A stretch of DNA of 61,047 nt, counting the filler. It is 9 parts of 9 records of this genome, joined end to end, with 100 filler letters (N's around TTAATTAATTAA, not from the genome) between each part and the next. Parts side by side here need not be neighbours in the genome. Positions count along the whole stretch, not along the records: positions 55,457 to 61,047 come from SRR31156797_56510; 8 more parts are not named here. One strand, given 5' to 3'. Each line of letters begins with the position of its first letter. The stretch's first letter is position 1. The translations under genes were made by a program, and so were the position numbers. Positions 60,708 to 61,047 of this stretch are shown here, one piece after another. The notes under the pieces were generated by a model, which had not been told where the DNA came from, ran no database searches, and saw only the letters and a list, made by a program, of their open reading frames with translations.

Positions 60708-61047
60708 TGGTCGAGAATTTATTCACAGTTATCAAATTTATTTAAAGGTATGAAAAATAATGATTTATGTAAATATGTAAGTGTTTTTTAATACAGAGGA
60801 TGAAGTTCCTGGTTTTAGAATGTGAATGGCCGGTTTTTCGATGCTTATATATATAGGGGATGTTAGTGTGTGTCGTTAATGCTTTAAAGTAGAGTGTTAT
60901 AAGGTTTTTTTGAATGAGTGATTTTTGCCAATCGAGTGTCTATTTATCTTGTCTCAATGTTAATACAGTGTTAAGCGAGTGTTTTTTATAGGTAAAATGA
61001 TTGATTTTATAAAAAGAAAGGATCAGCAGATAAAATTGGGTCTGGGT

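Noticed and set aside
1-61047. CRISPR arrays, tRNA/rRNA genes, transposases, prophage or defence genes
   Set aside because: No spaced direct repeats, cloverleaf or rRNA signatures, or such protein motifs were seen by eye.

Overview
This window is not one locus. It is nine unrelated contigs joined by eight artificial 100-nt linkers (N-runs around TTAATTAATTAA), so gene adjacency means nothing across a linker. Taxon labels below are inferred from GC content and protein style only. (1) 1-6948, spirochaete-like: sugar-acid catabolic operon (ABC transporter, enolase-superfamily dehydratase, SDR, DHDPS/NAL aldolase) with a divergent FadR regulator. (2) 7049-14902, high-GC planctomycete-like: two carbohydrate-active enzymes, an SSS symporter, a URO-D/MtaA-like protein and DUF819. 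(3) 15003-20797, low-GC fusobacteria-like: malQ and a maltose/glucose PTS. (4) 20898-26363: fbp, an orphan ~1050-aa exported protein that appears to hide a highly divergent secretin fold, and an RRE-fused AmmeMemo B protein. (5) 26464-34034, deltaproteobacteria-like: CUT2 sugar ABC transporter, DRE-TIM enzyme, FadR. (6) 34135-39623: dinB, NifA-like sigma54 activator, tandem-RHH protein, thiD. (7) 39724-49217: TPR paralogues, yhbY, a cobalamin riboswitch controlling a 103-aa unknown protein, gspC, a TIGR00300-type ornithine cyclodeaminase, an APC permease, a ZIP-cNMP fusion and an NlpC/P60-like protein. (8) 49318-55356: a TetR with a WhiB-spaced Cys tail ahead of a 2-hydroxyacyl-CoA dehydratase/activator operon. 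(9) 55457-61047, Bacteroidota-like: porin-pstSCAB with Pho-box-like arrays at 11-bp periodicity. I found no CRISPR array, rRNA, tRNA or transposase. The best novelty candidates are the divergent secretin-like protein, the B12-regulated small protein, the putative Fe-S TetR and the ZIP-cNMP fusion. All family calls come from motif recognition by eye, not database searches.
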